Translations under genes and position numbers: made by a program
The notes under the pieces: generated by a model
What the model saw: only the letters and a program-made list of their open reading frames with translations
Database searches by the model: none
Told to the model about the DNA's origin: nothing
Assembly (NCBI GenBank): GCA_000708835.1
Contig: DF238762.1
Location: forward strand, 62,001-126,000
DNA: 64,000 bases
Source of the DNA: Klebsormidium nitens
Lineage: Eukaryota > Plantae > Klebsormidiophyceae
Direction: 5' to 3'
Part shown: positions 35,793-48,539 of the stretch, piece after piece
Position numbering within the stretch: the stretch's first letter is position 1
Layout: each line of letters opens with the position of its first letter

Positions 35793-36160
35793 CTTTCGAC
35801 TAAAAGAGAAGGAGTTTGTAGCGTGAAGCTAAGGAGAGCCGAAAAAGCTTCAGGATCACAGACCCCCATTTGGGCCAAAGATCGGCGGTCTAGGGCAATT
35901 CCCATTTTCCGCAGCCTGTGAATTGCAAGGCTGTAACGGTATCCTTCGTGCGCCATCGCAGCATTGAGGCGCACGATCCAGAGACGGCGCAAGTCTCGCT
36001 TGCGCCTCCCTTGGTCTCGGTGAGAATATTCTAGTGCTTTTGTTGCTCGTTGACTAGCAGTTCGAAAAAGGGTTGATTGAGAGCCTCTGAAGCTTTTAGT
36101 CAGGGCAAGAGTTCTATTTCTACGCCGTTTTGCTACGTAGCCTCGTTTGATTCGAGTCAT
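35789..36160 (-). CDS. rpl20: 50S ribosomal protein L20
   Basis: [14 protein letters not shown]...[11 protein letters not shown]. Confidence 0.95.
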   Translation of the reverse strand: MTRIKRGYVAKRRRNRTLALTKSFRGSQSTLFRTASQRATKALEYSHRDQGRRKRDLRRLWIVRLNAAMAHEGYRYSLAIHRLRKMGIALDRRSLAQMGVCDPEAFSALLSFTLQTPSLLVES

Positions 36161-36299
36161 AAGTAGGTTTATTTTATTAAGATATGGGCTTGAATGCATT
36201 CATAAGCCTAGAAGTCAAAGGATTAGGCGAGTTAGCAACAATTATGAATCTCTCTTGACAAGACTTTAATAATATGCCATGATGTTCAATAAAAGTTGA

Positions 36300-36373
36300 G
36301 GGATTGTAGTTCAATTGGTTAGAGCACCGCCCTGTCAAGGCGGATGTTGCGGGTTCGAGCCCCGTCAGTCCCG
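36300..36373 (+). tRNA. trnD: tRNA-Asp(GUC)
   Basis: GGGATTGTAGTTCAATTGG..., anticodon loop CTGTCAA. Confidence 0.95.
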
Positions 36374-36519
36374 TACTGATTTGTTGAGACGTTTTGTTTC
36401 AATAAGTAATTCCAGTAATGCTTTTTATTGACCTTTGTGTATTTTAAAAAGCTAGATTTCATTCCTTTTTTATTTTTAATTCTATATCATAAGTCTTATA
36501 AAATTTTCTATTCAAAAGT

Positions 36520-39500
36520 TTAAAAAGAATTGAGTAGCTCTCCCGCCCGCCATCCAGGTTTTTTATACGTAAGAATCCCTGCTGATTTACTAAGTTGGAA
36601 AAAAGGGTTCATCTGACCAGTTTTTTTGTTTATTTCATTTGATAATTGATTTTTAAAAAGATTAATAGGAAGAGAACCTGGAAGAGATTGGATTATCGAA
36701 TGGCTAGTACTAGAGTTCCAAATAATTGCAGTAAGTTCTTCTGTTTCCAGTCTTGCAATCGTTTGTCCGCGCTCTAAGTTAGCCGAGTAAGATAATTCAG
36801 CGACCCTCCAATTTGACTTTTGGGTCTCTTTTTGTGCCCAAACGGCTCGAGACTGCATTAGAGAGAAAACATTTTGTAAATTTGGCCATATCCATACTAT
36901 TAACCAGGTTATCAGTTTTTGAATTTCATAAAACGTGGCGTATAAATCACTTTCTGATCGATCTGTCTCATTAAATAATAACCACCGCAGGTCGCTTGTA
37001 CTATAAGTCAAATCCCATCCTCGATGCATTCCCGTGGTAACAGCATGATAACTTCTCCAAAGAGGTCCACATTCATGAGCGCTCATAAGCATCCCGCTTG
37101 TTGCAATTTCTGCTCGTTGTGCTGCTGTTAAAGATAAAGGCTCAGCAGCTAAAGCTGCTGGATCTTCAATGCTTCCTGTATGAGGGTTAGCTCGATCAAA
37201 AGTTTTAGATAAAAGTTTCCGAGTTCGCTCTTTCATCCGAATCTTGCGTCTATGCTCTCGGCTTCGTATCCATTCGGGCATAGTCAAAAATTCCATGTGT
37301 TCCTTAAGCATAGGCCTTAAGTACTCTGCAACCTTTGGATTTTGTGCAAGGTTTATCCACATTTGATCGACTCTCTTATTGTCAGCCTTCCATTTGTTAT
37401 CTTTTAATTCTTGCATTTTAATCTCCCAGCTTTTTTGCGGGTTGGAGTCAGTCGGGTCTAAGCCAAATAGTCTGTGATGTATTGGCGATAAGTCATTCAT
37501 TACATAACTATCTACATACGTGGCGAGCACATGAAGACGACGATACGGAGCTACCCATACTTTGGTGCAGATTGGATCAATTTTTTCTTCTTTATAGATC
37601 CATTGAAAAAAAGGCATCCAAGCATGTAAAAAGTGAAGATCATCAAGACTTATATTTTTCGAAAAAGATTCATCTAAATGCCAAACTCGATCGGGTTCTT
37701 CTGAAAAAAGTCTTACATTATTATTGCTAGGAAAAGGATTCGCAACAAATTCTCTTAGTTCTAGATCCGTAGGAGCATCCTTTAATGGGCTACCGCCTGA
37801 CCAGATTAGAAGAGCAGCACCTGATTTTTTATCTTGCACCTCACGCAATTCTGCGACTTCAAGAGGTCGACCGTATTCTTCTGGATTTATTTGTTCTTCT
37901 TGTTGAAAAGAATGTGGGCGTGGCATATGAAAAAAATAAAGAATGAGAGGTTCCCAAACATAATTAAGATGCAAGAGTTCTTCATCTTTTACCATAACTT
38001 GAAGCGATGGGTGCGGTATCGTAATAGGCCGAAGCTCATCGTAGTACCGCTTTTTTCCTCGCCATCCAAAATATGGATACAAAGATGCTGTATGAACAAA
38101 TGGCTCTTTTCCTCCTAGCGGATCTTCTTCATCAAGTCCTGGAAAGCGGAATAAAAGAAGTGGTAACGATTTGTAAAGAGAAAGGGTGTTCTCTTCTCTT
38201 GCTTGTACAATTCCAACTCCATTGCTTAAAAATGGGTTGCCATATGATTTGTTTTTGTACACGCTTTTGAGACTTCGTTTTTTAAAAGAGTGCACAGGAT
38301 TCGTAAGAGGAGCAAGGGGATTTTGTTTTGCAAGAGCCCATAGCAATTGCCAACATATATCGATTATTGGTTTGTCCATTTGTTTGAGCTGTCGACTTAT
38401 GCCTATGCGGTTCATCAAAAATTCTGATTTAAAAATTGGTTGCTCTGAGTCATTTTCAAGACATTCATAATATAAGTCTCCTCCTGCAACAAGCGCTAAA
38501 GAACGAATGATTTCTGACCAAGCGGCAGTGGCTGTTGGGTCTCTTCTATAACCTATTGGATAGGAAGGCTCTCCAAATGCAAATCGTTCAAGATAACTAT
38601 AACGAAAGCGTATCTCTCCAACATTGTAAACAGGAAATCTTGTTACACCAGGAAGAAGAAAAGCACTTACTACCCACTTACTAAGATGACGATATATATG
38701 AGCGCGACCATCGCGAAAGAAATAATAGGGCGAAAGACGCGTCATACTAGCTTGTTCTTCTCGCATAAGAGAACGTAAAGCTTTCTCGACACGGGTCCAA
38801 GTGGGAGTGATCTGATGAAGGTCTTGTAAATAAGAAGCTTTTTTCCACATAAAAAAATTGGATGCTGCATCTGATGCACTAGCAGGATTATGCGATTTGT
38901 TTCTTCTCACGAATAAGGCATCGTCCCATCCCCATTCTTTTCCCCATTGAAGATGTAAGCTTGCTTGAGCTTTACATAAGGCTATTTCATTTACGAAACT
39001 ATGCATTTCTGCTAGAGTGTAGCCTTGACTCCGGGGAAGCACCTGTTGTAACATTTCACCTTTCAATCGAAAGGTTCCCATACTCATCATAAGAGCTTGA
39101 AAAATACGTTCTCGGTCTACCCAGTTTAGACCTTTCATTGTATAAACTTTGCGCCATCTTCGTTTTCGAAGCAATGGCTCTTTAATTGTGAGAAGAGTTC
39201 CAACGCCAAATCGAATGCCGTAGCGAGTTCGAGGAAACTTATCTAAAAGCCACAAAAGATATAAGAGAGCGGCAGGTGGGTTCCAATCATCGGGATTAAG
39301 AAGCTCCATCGTTTCCCATCCAGTAATTCCACCCTCTGGTGGTAAAGCAACCCATTCTCGTATATCCTGTTGACCTAGAGTAGCCTTGAGAGCTAGCTTT
39401 GCTTTCCGAATCTCTGGAGGGTCATCCTCTAGCTCTTCAATCTCATAGTCTTCTTCTTCTGCTTCTTTTTCTAATTGGTTTGGCATTCCTAAAATATCCC

Positions 39501-41715
39501 AATAATCTAATGTCAGATATCCGGTATTTGGAAGAAAACCAAACATTTTTTCTTCATAAGACAGGCCTCCCATAGATGACCGCTCTCGTAATTCTCTGAC
39601 AGCTAAATAAGAATCACTATGTTCTGTCTCATAGAAGATGTTCAAGCCTTCAACAACAAATAAACAAGGAATCGTTGCAGCAGCAACCATAAAATGCCGT
39701 ACCATATAGTCTTCTGCAATGGTTTGAGGACGATCCATACTTGGAGCAATTGTGCCATCATCTAAAATTTCATCTTCTCGTATTATCTGAAACAATGGCC
39801 CTGGGCCACCGTTCGTTGATCCATTTGAACCAACCGAAGAAGTGCCCCCAGCACTTCCTTTTGAAGAAATACCTTTTCCCTGCCGAGAAACATTTTTCTC
39901 TATTGAATTTTGACCAAATGTCCATTTCATGGAAATCGTTTTTCCGCTCATGCTCATTTGATCCTTATAAAGGGACCAATCAAGTTTTAATTGAATCACT
40001 GGCAATCTCCAATGATCTGAAGCAAGTTGAAACCACTCATCTCTTCTTGATCCGATTGGTTCGATAAATAGACTTGATTTCGGCACAAGGATATCTCGTA
40101 TACCTGCATCGCAACGAGTATCTATCCCAGCAATTGTAGAAAGTTCTGCATCGCAAATATTTGACATGCGTAAAAAAAGGTTAATCATTCGAATCCGTTT
40201 GGCTACAAAGGTTCCTCCACCTGGATGATCCAATGTATGCTGGGCTCCAGCTAGCATTCCCTTATGATTTATAGCTCTTTCTAATGTCCACTGAAATCGA
40301 CGCTCGTTCCCACGCTTTTCTAAATATCTTTTTATTGAGACAGGCACAATATGCCATATTCTCCATCCTAACGAATAAAAAAGACCAACGAAACGAAGGG
40401 GTATGAGTGTCCACCAAACAACGTTATAAAAAAGATGTCTTGTTAAAAACAATGTGAGCTGAGCAATTGGGTTTTTCAAAATTACTCCAAGGGCGTCATC
40501 ACATGACGGCCCTACTCGACGACTCAAATGATGAGCTTGGTCTAGTTGCTCAACCAAAATGGAATTAGTTTTTGTATGAAAACTTATACTTACAAGAGTA
40601 ACTCTGTCATAAACAAGTTCGGCAATATTTTCTATAGATTCTGCTATATTAACAATTACACGAGCAACTTCAAAAGACATCCAATTTATTAACCTAGGTT
40701 TTATAGACAAGACAACTAAAGGAGAAATGCCTATACGAAAGAGGTTTTGAAATAGCATAAAGCGAGGTTGAACCCAGCTATTTGACCGCAATTGGAGGCT
40801 GTTAACCACTTGTGGCCAAAAGCTATGAGTAGGCTTTTGTTTCCAATAAAGATGCCAAATAGATAAAGGTGATAGGCTTATTGCGTCACGTAATTCTTGT
40901 CTCAGAGTGTTTTCTTCTTGATATTGGATGACTAATCCCACTCCGCATGATATGAATAGAGCCCACCAAAGGTCAAAGCTTATTAATTGGAATGAAGGTG
41001 TAAAAATTGAACTAGAATATGCTCGACCCCGTAATGACAATATTTTGTAGAACAAATGAGAAAGCCTCAATAAAATTTGTTGATCAATCCAAGGTTTTTG
41101 ACTTTTTTTTTGAAACCAAGGAAAAGTTGTTTCCTTCAAAAAACATTCTTTCCATTCATGAAAAAATTTATAATTTAAATTTTTAGATTTACTAGTAGAA
41201 TGCTTATAAAATTTTTTTGTCCATTGACTTTTACTTTTCGTTTTGTCAAAGTCGACTTTTTCTGTCCACAGGTTTCTCTTAAAATGTCTTATAGAAGATT
41301 GATTTTGAAACTCATTTATTGATTTTCTTTTTTCTCGAGAATAGCAAAAATTCTTATATTTTCTTATTTGTCGAGTTTCGTATTGATTGTCTAAAGTTTT
41401 AACATTCTTTTTAGTTGAAATAAGAGTTTGTTTGCTTTTCTTATCTTTTTTAAAGTTCTGAAAACTTTTTGGAATTTTTTTTATTAAAGCTTTATTATTT
41501 ATATGCGAATCTTGGATTGTTTTTGCTAAAAAATGGTTATTTGAATCATCTAATTGGGACCAAATGTGTTTCAATTTATTTTTTATATCAATTTGTTTTT
41601 CTTTAGGAAGTAAAAAATTATCTTTTAAAATCAGTTTTTGTATAGGTTTGGCTAACCTATTTTCTCTTAGGGGATCTTCGGTTTTTCGCAGATTCAAGAA
41701 TTGAATAAGCAGCAT
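36520..41715 (-). CDS. ftsH: FtsH/Ycf2-like giant plastid protein, highly divergent
   Basis: 1731 aa, one TM segment, residual AAA features (PCLFVVEG, GYTLAEMHSFVNEIAL, LALVAGG); size and context fit algal ftsH/ycf2. Confidence 0.7.
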   Translation of the reverse strand: MLLIQFLNLRKTEDPLRENRLAKPIQKLILKDNFLLPKEKQIDIKNKLKHIWSQLDDSNNHFLAKTIQDSHINNKALIKKIPKSFQNFKKDKKSKQTLISTKKNVKTLDNQYETRQIRKYKNFCYSREKRKSINEFQNQSSIRHFKRNLWTEKVDFDKTKSKSQWTKKFYKHSTSKSKNLNYKFFHEWKECFLKETTFPWFQKKSQKPWIDQQILLRLSHLFYKILSLRGRAYSSSIFTPSFQLISFDLWWALFISCGVGLVIQYQEENTLRQELRDAISLSPLSIWHLYWKQKPTHSFWPQVVNSLQLRSNSWVQPRFMLFQNLFRIGISPLVVLSIKPRLINWMSFEVARVIVNIAESIENIAELVYDRVTLVSISFHTKTNSILVEQLDQAHHLSRRVGPSCDDALGVILKNPIAQLTLFLTRHLFYNVVWWTLIPLRFVGLFYSLGWRIWHIVPVSIKRYLEKRGNERRFQWTLERAINHKGMLAGAQHTLDHPGGGTFVAKRIRMINLFLRMSNICDAELSTIAGIDTRCDAGIRDILVPKSSLFIEPIGSRRDEWFQLASDHWRLPVIQLKLDWSLYKDQMSMSGKTISMKWTFGQNSIEKNVSRQGKGISSKGSAGGTSSVGSNGSTNGGPGPLFQIIREDEILDDGTIAPSMDRPQTIAEDYMVRHFMVAAATIPCLFVVEGLNIFYETEHSDSYLAVRELRERSSMGGLSYEEKMFGFLPNTGYLTLDYWDILGMPNQLEKEAEEEDYEIEELEDDPPEIRKAKLALKATLGQQDIREWVALPPEGGITGWETMELLNPDDWNPPAALLYLLWLLDKFPRTRYGIRFGVGTLLTIKEPLLRKRRWRKVYTMKGLNWVDRERIFQALMMSMGTFRLKGEMLQQVLPRSQGYTLAEMHSFVNEIALCKAQASLHLQWGKEWGWDDALFVRRNKSHNPASASDAASNFFMWKKASYLQDLHQITPTWTRVEKALRSLMREEQASMTRLSPYYFFRDGRAHIYRHLSKWVVSAFLLPGVTRFPVYNVGEIRFRYSYLERFAFGEPSYPIGYRRDPTATAAWSEIIRSLALVAGGDLYYECLENDSEQPIFKSEFLMNRIGISRQLKQMDKPIIDICWQLLWALAKQNPLAPLTNPVHSFKKRSLKSVYKNKSYGNPFLSNGVGIVQAREENTLSLYKSLPLLLFRFPGLDEEDPLGGKEPFVHTASLYPYFGWRGKKRYYDELRPITIPHPSLQVMVKDEELLHLNYVWEPLILYFFHMPRPHSFQQEEQINPEEYGRPLEVAELREVQDKKSGAALLIWSGGSPLKDAPTDLELREFVANPFPSNNNVRLFSEEPDRVWHLDESFSKNISLDDLHFLHAWMPFFQWIYKEEKIDPICTKVWVAPYRRLHVLATYVDSYVMNDLSPIHHRLFGLDPTDSNPQKSWEIKMQELKDNKWKADNKRVDQMWINLAQNPKVAEYLRPMLKEHMEFLTMPEWIRSREHRRKIRMKERTRKLLSKTFDRANPHTGSIEDPAALAAEPLSLTAAQRAEIATSGMLMSAHECGPLWRSYHAVTTGMHRGWDLTYSTSDLRWLLFNETDRSESDLYATFYEIQKLITWLIVWIWPNLQNVFSLMQSRAVWAQKETQKSNWRVAELSYSANLERGQTIARLETEELTAIIWNSSTSHSIIQSLPGSLPINLFKNQLSNEINKKTGQMNPFFQLSKSAGILTYKKPGWRAGELLNSF

Positions 41716-41741
41716 CTGATCAAATTGGGAAAGACTGTTTT

Positions 41742-42533
41742 TTACGTTTTTTGAAACAATAAAAAAAAAAAAGGATTTATCTGCTTTGAACTCGGTTGAT
41801 CAAAATTTTTAAAATTGTTTTTTACCTTTGTACTTAAGCTATATGGATCAATATGTATTTCAAAATCATTTTTTTTATGAAGTTGGTTTCTTTTAAAATA
41901 TGAATGCCAATATTCTTCATTTTCATACAATTGGTTTGCTTTTAAAACCATTTGTTTTGGTAAAATTCTAACTTTAAATGTTTTATTTTTGGTAAACAAA
42001 TCAAGTTTATATATTAATGAACTTTCGTCGCACCACGTGTTTGAACGAAGTAAAGAAGATTGACTTTTAATTATAGACTCAAAAAAATCAAAGGTTTCAT
42101 TTTTGCAAAGGTTGAAGTTTCTGCAATTTATAAAAATGTTTTGATTTTTATTATCTTTTATTTGTTTGTTTTTTAATATATAACTCCCATAACGAATAAG
42201 TGATTCCTGAATTGTCTTATTTACTTTCCAGTCCTTCGCAATTCGACTGGGAAGAGTGCTAGACTGACTCAATGGGCCCAGAAAACTCACTAAGTCCACA
42301 GTTCTGTTCGCAAATATAGACTCGGATGTTTGAAAAGGCCGCGTCCAAGGCATAGACCAAAGTGGTTGGCTTTGTGTCCGATTTATTATAGCTTGCGATA
42401 ATAAAAAATCTTTTAACACATTTATGGAAGACACATTATCTAAATAAAAAGTTTCATTTTTATCATTTTTAATTTGATAGGTGCTTTTATTGATAAAAGC
42501 TTGAGAAGAGCCTGCTATCGAGCACTTAAACAT
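41742..42533 (-). CDS. ORF263, possibly frameshifted N-terminus of ftsH/ycf2
   Basis: 263-aa Lys/Asn-rich ORF ending 26 nt before the ftsH ATG; T12 run at 41761-41772 links the two frames. Confidence 0.5.
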   Translation of the reverse strand: MFKCSIAGSSQAFINKSTYQIKNDKNETFYLDNVSSINVLKDFLLSQAIINRTQSQPLWSMPWTRPFQTSESIFANRTVDLVSFLGPLSQSSTLPSRIAKDWKVNKTIQESLIRYGSYILKNKQIKDNKNQNIFINCRNFNLCKNETFDFFESIIKSQSSLLRSNTWCDESSLIYKLDLFTKNKTFKVRILPKQMVLKANQLYENEEYWHSYFKRNQLHKKNDFEIHIDPYSLSTKVKNNFKNFDQPSSKQINPFFFLLFQKT

Positions 42534-42719
42534 CCAAAAGTTTCGTTTTTAGAAACGGAAAGAGACTTGTATTGCATATCTATTGTTTATTAAGAATAGC
42601 AGACTTTTTGTTGGAGAAACTCTTCTAGCGTTAAGAGGGTGTTGAGCGTTTGTTTTTTGCCCCCAAAACTTTTATTTACAAGTCTATGTTCGACTATTTT
42701 TTCAATAGAATGAGAAAAA

Positions 42720-43787
42720 TTAGCTTTCCATAGGGCTACCAAAAACTTTCGCAAATTTTTCTTTTACTAGAAGACCAGAATCAATAGGTTCTAGGGGATC
42801 TTTTCGTAGCCGGTGACGTAGGCATAACGGAATCACTGTCAAGATATCTTGAGCAGTTACTTCATTTCTTCCACCAAGCGCTGCAAGTGCCTTAGCAGCT
42901 CGGTAAGTAACAATATCTCCTCGAAGTCCATCTACGTCTAATTCAGAGCATACTTGTGAAATTTTGATCTTATGATCATAAGAAATTTCTACTGATTTTA
43001 AGCGCTCCCGTGCTTGAATAACTTTTTGTCTCATGCTTTCTTGAGAAGCTTCCCATGCTTGTTGAAAAGCTTCGGGTGCTTCTTCAAAAGAAGCTCTTTG
43101 TTCAACAATCTGAACCCGTAGCTCTGGTTCTTTTACTGTACCAACTTGAGCATGCATACCAAAACGATCGAGTAATTGGGGACGAAGCTCTCCTTCTTCT
43201 GGGTTGCCAGATCCGATAAGTATGAAACGTGCCGGGTGAGATACAGAGATACCTTCTCTTTCTACTGTGTTCCATCCCGAGGCTGCTGCATCGAGAAGTA
43301 CATCTACTAGGTGATCGTCGAGTAAGTTTACCTCATCTACATAAAGTATGCCACGATTTGCTTTTGCTAAAAGGCCTGGCTCGAAAGCTTTAACACCTTC
43401 TGTAAGAGCTCGTTCAAGATCAATCGTGCCACATACGCGATCTTCAGTAGCTCCTAAAGGAAGATCAACCATAGCAATTCTTGTCTTTGTAATAGGAATT
43501 TCCTGATTGTTTATGACCTTTTTTCTTACTTCATGGCTCATTAACTGCGGGTCCCGTGGATCTGAATTAAACGGGTCGTTTTCAACAACTTCAATTTCAG
43601 GCAAAAGGTCTACAAGTGCTCGAACAGTCGTTGATTTGCCTGTACCCCTGTCTCCCATAATCATAACTCCACCAATCTTGGGATCAACAACATTGAGTAG
43701 CAACGCTAGTTTCATTTCTTTTTGTCCGACAATCGCAGTAAAAGGAAAAACCGAGCGTTCGTTCTTTTTTTCGGGAGTAGACTGCAT
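42720..43787 (-). CDS. chlI: Mg-chelatase subunit I
   Basis: [27 protein letters not shown]. Confidence 0.98.
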   Translation of the reverse strand: MQSTPEKKNERSVFPFTAIVGQKEMKLALLLNVVDPKIGGVMIMGDRGTGKSTTVRALVDLLPEIEVVENDPFNSDPRDPQLMSHEVRKKVINNQEIPITKTRIAMVDLPLGATEDRVCGTIDLERALTEGVKAFEPGLLAKANRGILYVDEVNLLDDHLVDVLLDAAASGWNTVEREGISVSHPARFILIGSGNPEEGELRPQLLDRFGMHAQVGTVKEPELRVQIVEQRASFEEAPEAFQQAWEASQESMRQKVIQARERLKSVEISYDHKIKISQVCSELDVDGLRGDIVTYRAAKALAALGGRNEVTAQDILTVIPLCLRHRLRKDPLEPIDSGLLVKEKFAKVFGSPMES

Positions 43788-43879
43788 AGATTCACTTTTC
43801 GATAAATACTTTACTTGATTCTGATGGTGTTTTTAGACAGCCCCAACAGAAGGGGCCGTCCTACGGGGGCCAGCTATGT

Positions 43880-45400
43880 TTAGTTTGAACTAGCCAAGAA
43901 AGCCTCAGTATGCTCTTGTATTGCTTTTTTGAGAATCTCTTCCGCTTCTTCGGTGAATGTCTTTGTAGAGCGGATAATTTCACCAAACTTTGGTTCGTTT
44001 GCTTCAATGAAACTTCTCAAAGAGGCAAGGAATTTTCTAACTTGGCCTACTTCAATTTTGTCTAAGTATCCATTGATTCCAGTATAGATAGTAGCCACCT
44101 GTTGCTCAACAGAAAGCGGAGCAGTTTGAGCTTGTTTGAGTAGTTCTCGTAATCTTTGACCACGAGCCAATTGGTTTTGCGTGGCTTTATCTAAGTCTGA
44201 TGCAAATTGTGCAAAGGCCTCAAGTTCAGCAAATTGAGCTAATTCAAGTTTTAGCTTCCCTGCTACTTTTTTCATTGCTTTGATTTGAGCTGCCGATCCC
44301 ACTCGAGATACGGATATTCCCACATTAATTGCAGGTCGAATGCCTGCATTGAACAAATCTGCAGAAAGAAAGATCTGTCCATCCGTAATGGAAATAACAT
44401 TGGTTGGAATGTAAGCAGATACGTCTCCTGCTTGTGTCTCTACAATAGGAAGAGCCGTCATGCTTCCTTCACCTAATTGAGAACTAAGTTTTGCAGCTCT
44501 TTCTAATAAACGAGAATGAAGATAAAAAACATCTCCTGGATAAGCTTCACGACCCGGTGGACGACGCAGTAAGAGAGACATTTGTCTATATGCTTGGGCT
44601 TGCTTTGATAAATCATCGTAAATTACCAAAGCATGCTGTCCTTTGTACATAAAGTACTCAGCCAGTGCAGCTCCAGTGTACGGAGCTAGAAACTGAAGAG
44701 TAGCTGAAGAATTTGCATTTTCTGCGACTACAATGGTATATTCCATGGCTCCACGCTCAGTCAATACATTCACGACTTGAGCCACAGAAGAGGCTTTTTG
44801 TCCAATTGCTACATACACACAAATGACATTTTGACCTTTTTGATTTAAGATGGTGTCAATTGCAACTGCTGTTTTACCGGTTTGTCGGTCTCCAATGATG
44901 AGCTCTCGCTGTCCTCGACCAATAGGAATCATAGAATCAATTGCCAGCAAACCTGTCTGCATAGGTTCGTATACAGAACGACGAGAAATAATCCCTGGAG
45001 CAGGAGATTCAATTAGGCGAGAATCAGAACTGTCGATTGCTCCTTTTCCATCAATGGGATGCGCAAGTGCGTTTACTACTCGGCCTAAATAAGCTTGGCC
45101 TACTGGAATTTGAGCAATTTTACCTGTTGCCTTGACCGAGCTGCCTTCTTGAATAGTAAGCCCTTCTCCCATTAACACAGCACCTACATTATCAAGCTCT
45201 AGATTAAGAGCAATGCCAATAGTGCCATCTTCAAACTCTAATAGCTCTCCGGCCATTACTTTATCTAAGCCATAGATGCGTGCAATTCCATCCCCTACCT
45301 GTAGAACCGTTCCTACATTCATAACTCGCACTTCTTGCGTGTACTCTTCAATCTGCTTACGGATAATACTGCTGATCTCATCAGGACGGATGGTGACCAT
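43880..45400 (-). CDS. atpA: ATP synthase alpha
   Basis: [18 protein letters not shown]. Confidence 0.98.
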   Translation of the reverse strand: MVTIRPDEISSIIRKQIEEYTQEVRVMNVGTVLQVGDGIARIYGLDKVMAGELLEFEDGTIGIALNLELDNVGAVLMGEGLTIQEGSSVKATGKIAQIPVGQAYLGRVVNALAHPIDGKGAIDSSDSRLIESPAPGIISRRSVYEPMQTGLLAIDSMIPIGRGQRELIIGDRQTGKTAVAIDTILNQKGQNVICVYVAIGQKASSVAQVVNVLTERGAMEYTIVVAENANSSATLQFLAPYTGAALAEYFMYKGQHALVIYDDLSKQAQAYRQMSLLLRRPPGREAYPGDVFYLHSRLLERAAKLSSQLGEGSMTALPIVETQAGDVSAYIPTNVISITDGQIFLSADLFNAGIRPAINVGISVSRVGSAAQIKAMKKVAGKLKLELAQFAELEAFAQFASDLDKATQNQLARGQRLRELLKQAQTAPLSVEQQVATIYTGINGYLDKIEVGQVRKFLASLRSFIEANEPKFGEIIRSTKTFTEEAEEILKKAIQEHTEAFLASSN

Positions 45401-45506
45401 AGCGAAAAAGGAACAAGTTTGAGTGGAAAAAAGCATAGAGAAGGGTAAGGGCATACCAACCCTATCCATTGAGCAATGGCTGTTCAAATTTTAAAGCTAC
45501 TATTTA

Positions 45507-46043
45507 CTATTTTAGCAGACCAATTCGTTCTGCATTGTTAGTGATTACTGCCTCTTGAGCCTCTTTATGAAGCTGTGAACGAATTGCTTCCTGTGCCCGT
45601 TTAAGTGCAGATCTAGAAACACGAAGTTGGACACGTGATTTAGCTCGGCTCAGCCCTAAACGTAAGGAAGCTTCTCTCCAAGCTTCGATTTCTTTGAATG
45701 CTCCTTGTCCAGCCCAAAACATTGCTGATTCATGCTTATCCATAGCAAGCATGCCTTGTATGCGAATGTTTTTTGCTTGTTTTTTTGCCGCCTCAAGCCC
45801 ACCTTTTGCTTGTTCTAAACGAGCAGTTGCTTCTGCGTATCGATTGTCTGCATCTTGTAAAGAAGCTTCAATTGCTTGTTTTCTTTCAATCAACAAAGAA
45901 TTAATAAGTCCACTTCCAAAGTAAGCCAAGATTCCAATAACGACCCCTAGATTGAGAAGATTTGTCTCAAATGGGTCGCTATTTATACCCCAAGATGACC
46001 CCGGAGAGAGCCATTCAAAATCCGGCCAGATGCATTGCACCAT
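45507..46043 (-). CDS. atpF: ATP synthase CF0 subunit I (b), intronless
   Basis: WGINSDPFETNLLNLGVVIG, located between atpH and atpA. Confidence 0.9.
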   Translation of the reverse strand: MVQCIWPDFEWLSPGSSWGINSDPFETNLLNLGVVIGILAYFGSGLINSLLIERKQAIEASLQDADNRYAEATARLEQAKGGLEAAKKQAKNIRIQGMLAMDKHESAMFWAGQGAFKEIEAWREASLRLGLSRAKSRVQLRVSRSALKRAQEAIRSQLHKEAQEAVITNNAERIGLLK

Positions 46044-46300
46044 GCTTTCTCCTTACACTAATAATCTCCCACCCTGAACGGCCAAAGCCACCAAAAAGGG
46101 GCACTTTTTTAGTAAGTGATTATTGAAGCACTATTTCTTGCCGATTTTCTTCGATTCATACTGTGCATCGTTCTATGTACAGTTTTGTTCCAACTTTCAA
46201 AAAATGAAGTTAGATTTGAAGGTGAGAAAAAAAGCTTAGCTTGTAGGCTATTTAAATTGCCTACTAAATTCAGATTTTGTTACTCGAACTCATTTAGTTT

Positions 46301-46648
<348 letters not shown>

Positions 46649-47006
46649 TCAACATTCGTTTGAATAAGAGAAGATTCGTATAGACTCTTTCAAACGAGAA
46701 ATAAGTAGTCAAAAAAGTATCCACTTGATTTTCAATTATACCCTTTCTCTAAGATCATAAAAAGGATTTTATCTCGCTTTTTTAAGTAAAAAAGAGTTTT
46801 GAATCTTTTTTTTTATACAAATGTCTTTCTTATTTTTTTAATATTATCTATAATGCTATCTATTTTATATACATAAAATATTTTTATGTATTCAATTAAA
46901 AAATAAAGAGAGAATGATATTTTACATATATTTGTGTTTTGAGTTAGAGGGAATTTGAGTGTAAAATAAAATGGGGACCTATAAGATTCAGAGCAGAGGA
47001 GTATTT

Positions 47007-48539
47007 ATGAAGCTGGCTTATTGGATGTACGCGGGCCCTGCCCATATTGGCACTTTGCGTGTTGCAAGTTCTTTTAAGAATGTACATGCTATTATGCATG
47101 CGCCTCTTGGAGACGATTATTTTAATGTAATGCGCTCGATGCTTGAAAGAGAACGAGATTTTACACCAGTTACAGCGAGTATTGTAGACCGTCACGTTCT
47201 TGCTCGCGGATCTCAAGAAAAAGTTGTTGAAAATATTACTCGCAAAGATAAAGAAGAACGACCTGATCTGATTGTTCTCACACCAACCTGTACTTCGAGT
47301 ATTTTGCAAGAAGATTTACAAAATTTTGTAGATAGAGCTTCTATGGGGGCTGATTGTGATGTCATTTTGGCAGATGTCAATCATTATCGTGTCAATGAGC
47401 TTCAGGCTGCTGATCGAACTTTAGAGCAAGTAGTACGTCACTATTTAGAAAAAGCAAAGCGACAAGGATGCCTTCATATAAGAAAAACAGAGAAACCTTC
47501 TGCCAATATTTTAGGTATTTTTACGTTAGGATTCCACAATCAGCACGATTGTCGCGAATTACGTCGCCTATTGAAAGAACTAGGTGTTGAGACTCATCAA
47601 GTTATCCCTGAAGGAGGATCCGTAAGCCAATTGCAGTTTCTACCAAACGCATGGTTCAATATAGTGCCATATAGAGAGGTTGGATTAATGGCAGCCGAAT
47701 ACTTAGAAAAAGAATTTGGTATGCCTTATGTGTCTACAACTCCTATGGGAGTCGTGGATACCGCCCGTTGCATTCGCGAAATACAGAGCATTATTAATGC
47801 TCAAGCAGGTCATGAAATGGTAAATTACCAATCTTATATAGACCAACAAACACGCTTTGTGTCTCAAGCTGCTTGGTTTTCTCGATCTATTGATTGTCAA
47901 AATTTGACTGGTAAGCGAGCAGTTGTTTTTGGAGATGCTACCCATGCAGCCTCAATGACTAAAATCCTTTCTCGAGAAATGGGTATCCAAGTAGTATGTG
48001 CAGGTACTTATTGCAAGCATGATGCAGGTTGGTTTCGAGAGCAAGTTGCTTCGTTCTGTGACCAAGTTTTGATTACAGATGATCATACTGAAGTTGGGGA
48101 CCTTATTGCTAAGGTTGAGCCAGCAGCTATTTTTGGAACACAAATGGAACGACATATTGGTAAGCGTCTTGATATCCCCTGTGGGGTCATTTCTGCACCG
48201 GTTCATATTCAAAACTTTCCTTTAGGTTATAGACCTTTTCTTGGATATGAGGGCACAAACCAGATAGCTGATTTGGTATATAATTCTTTCACCCTTGGGA
48301 TGGAAGATCATCTTTTAGAAATCTTTGGTGGACACGATACAAAAGAAGTGATTACAAAATCTCTTTCTACAGATACCGATCTGCGATGGAGTGCTGAAGG
48401 ACAAGCCGAACTAAGCCGTATTCCTGGATTTGTACGCAGCAAAATCAAACGAAATACTGAAAAATTTGCTCGTCAAAACAATCTAAATGAGATTACAGTT
48501 GAGGTTATGTATGCTGCTAAAGAATCATTTACTCAGTAA
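47007..48539 (+). CDS. chlB: Light-independent protochlorophyllide reductase subunit B
   Basis: [15 protein letters not shown]. Confidence 0.98.
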   Translation: MKLAYWMYAGPAHIGTLRVASSFKNVHAIMHAPLGDDYFNVMRSMLERERDFTPVTASIVDRHVLARGSQEKVVENITRKDKEERPDLIVLTPTCTSSILQEDLQNFVDRASMGADCDVILADVNHYRVNELQAADRTLEQVVRHYLEKAKRQGCLHIRKTEKPSANILGIFTLGFHNQHDCRELRRLLKELGVETHQVIPEGGSVSQLQFLPNAWFNIVPYREVGLMAAEYLEKEFGMPYVSTTPMGVVDTARCIREIQSIINAQAGHEMVNYQSYIDQQTRFVSQAAWFSRSIDCQNLTGKRAVVFGDATHAASMTKILSREMGIQVVCAGTYCKHDAGWFREQVASFCDQVLITDDHTEVGDLIAKVEPAAIFGTQMERHIGKRLDIPCGVISAPVHIQNFPLGYRPFLGYEGTNQIADLVYNSFTLGMEDHLLEIFGGHDTKEVITKSLSTDTDLRWSAEGQAELSRIPGFVRSKIKRNTEKFARQNNLNEITVEVMYAAKESFTQ

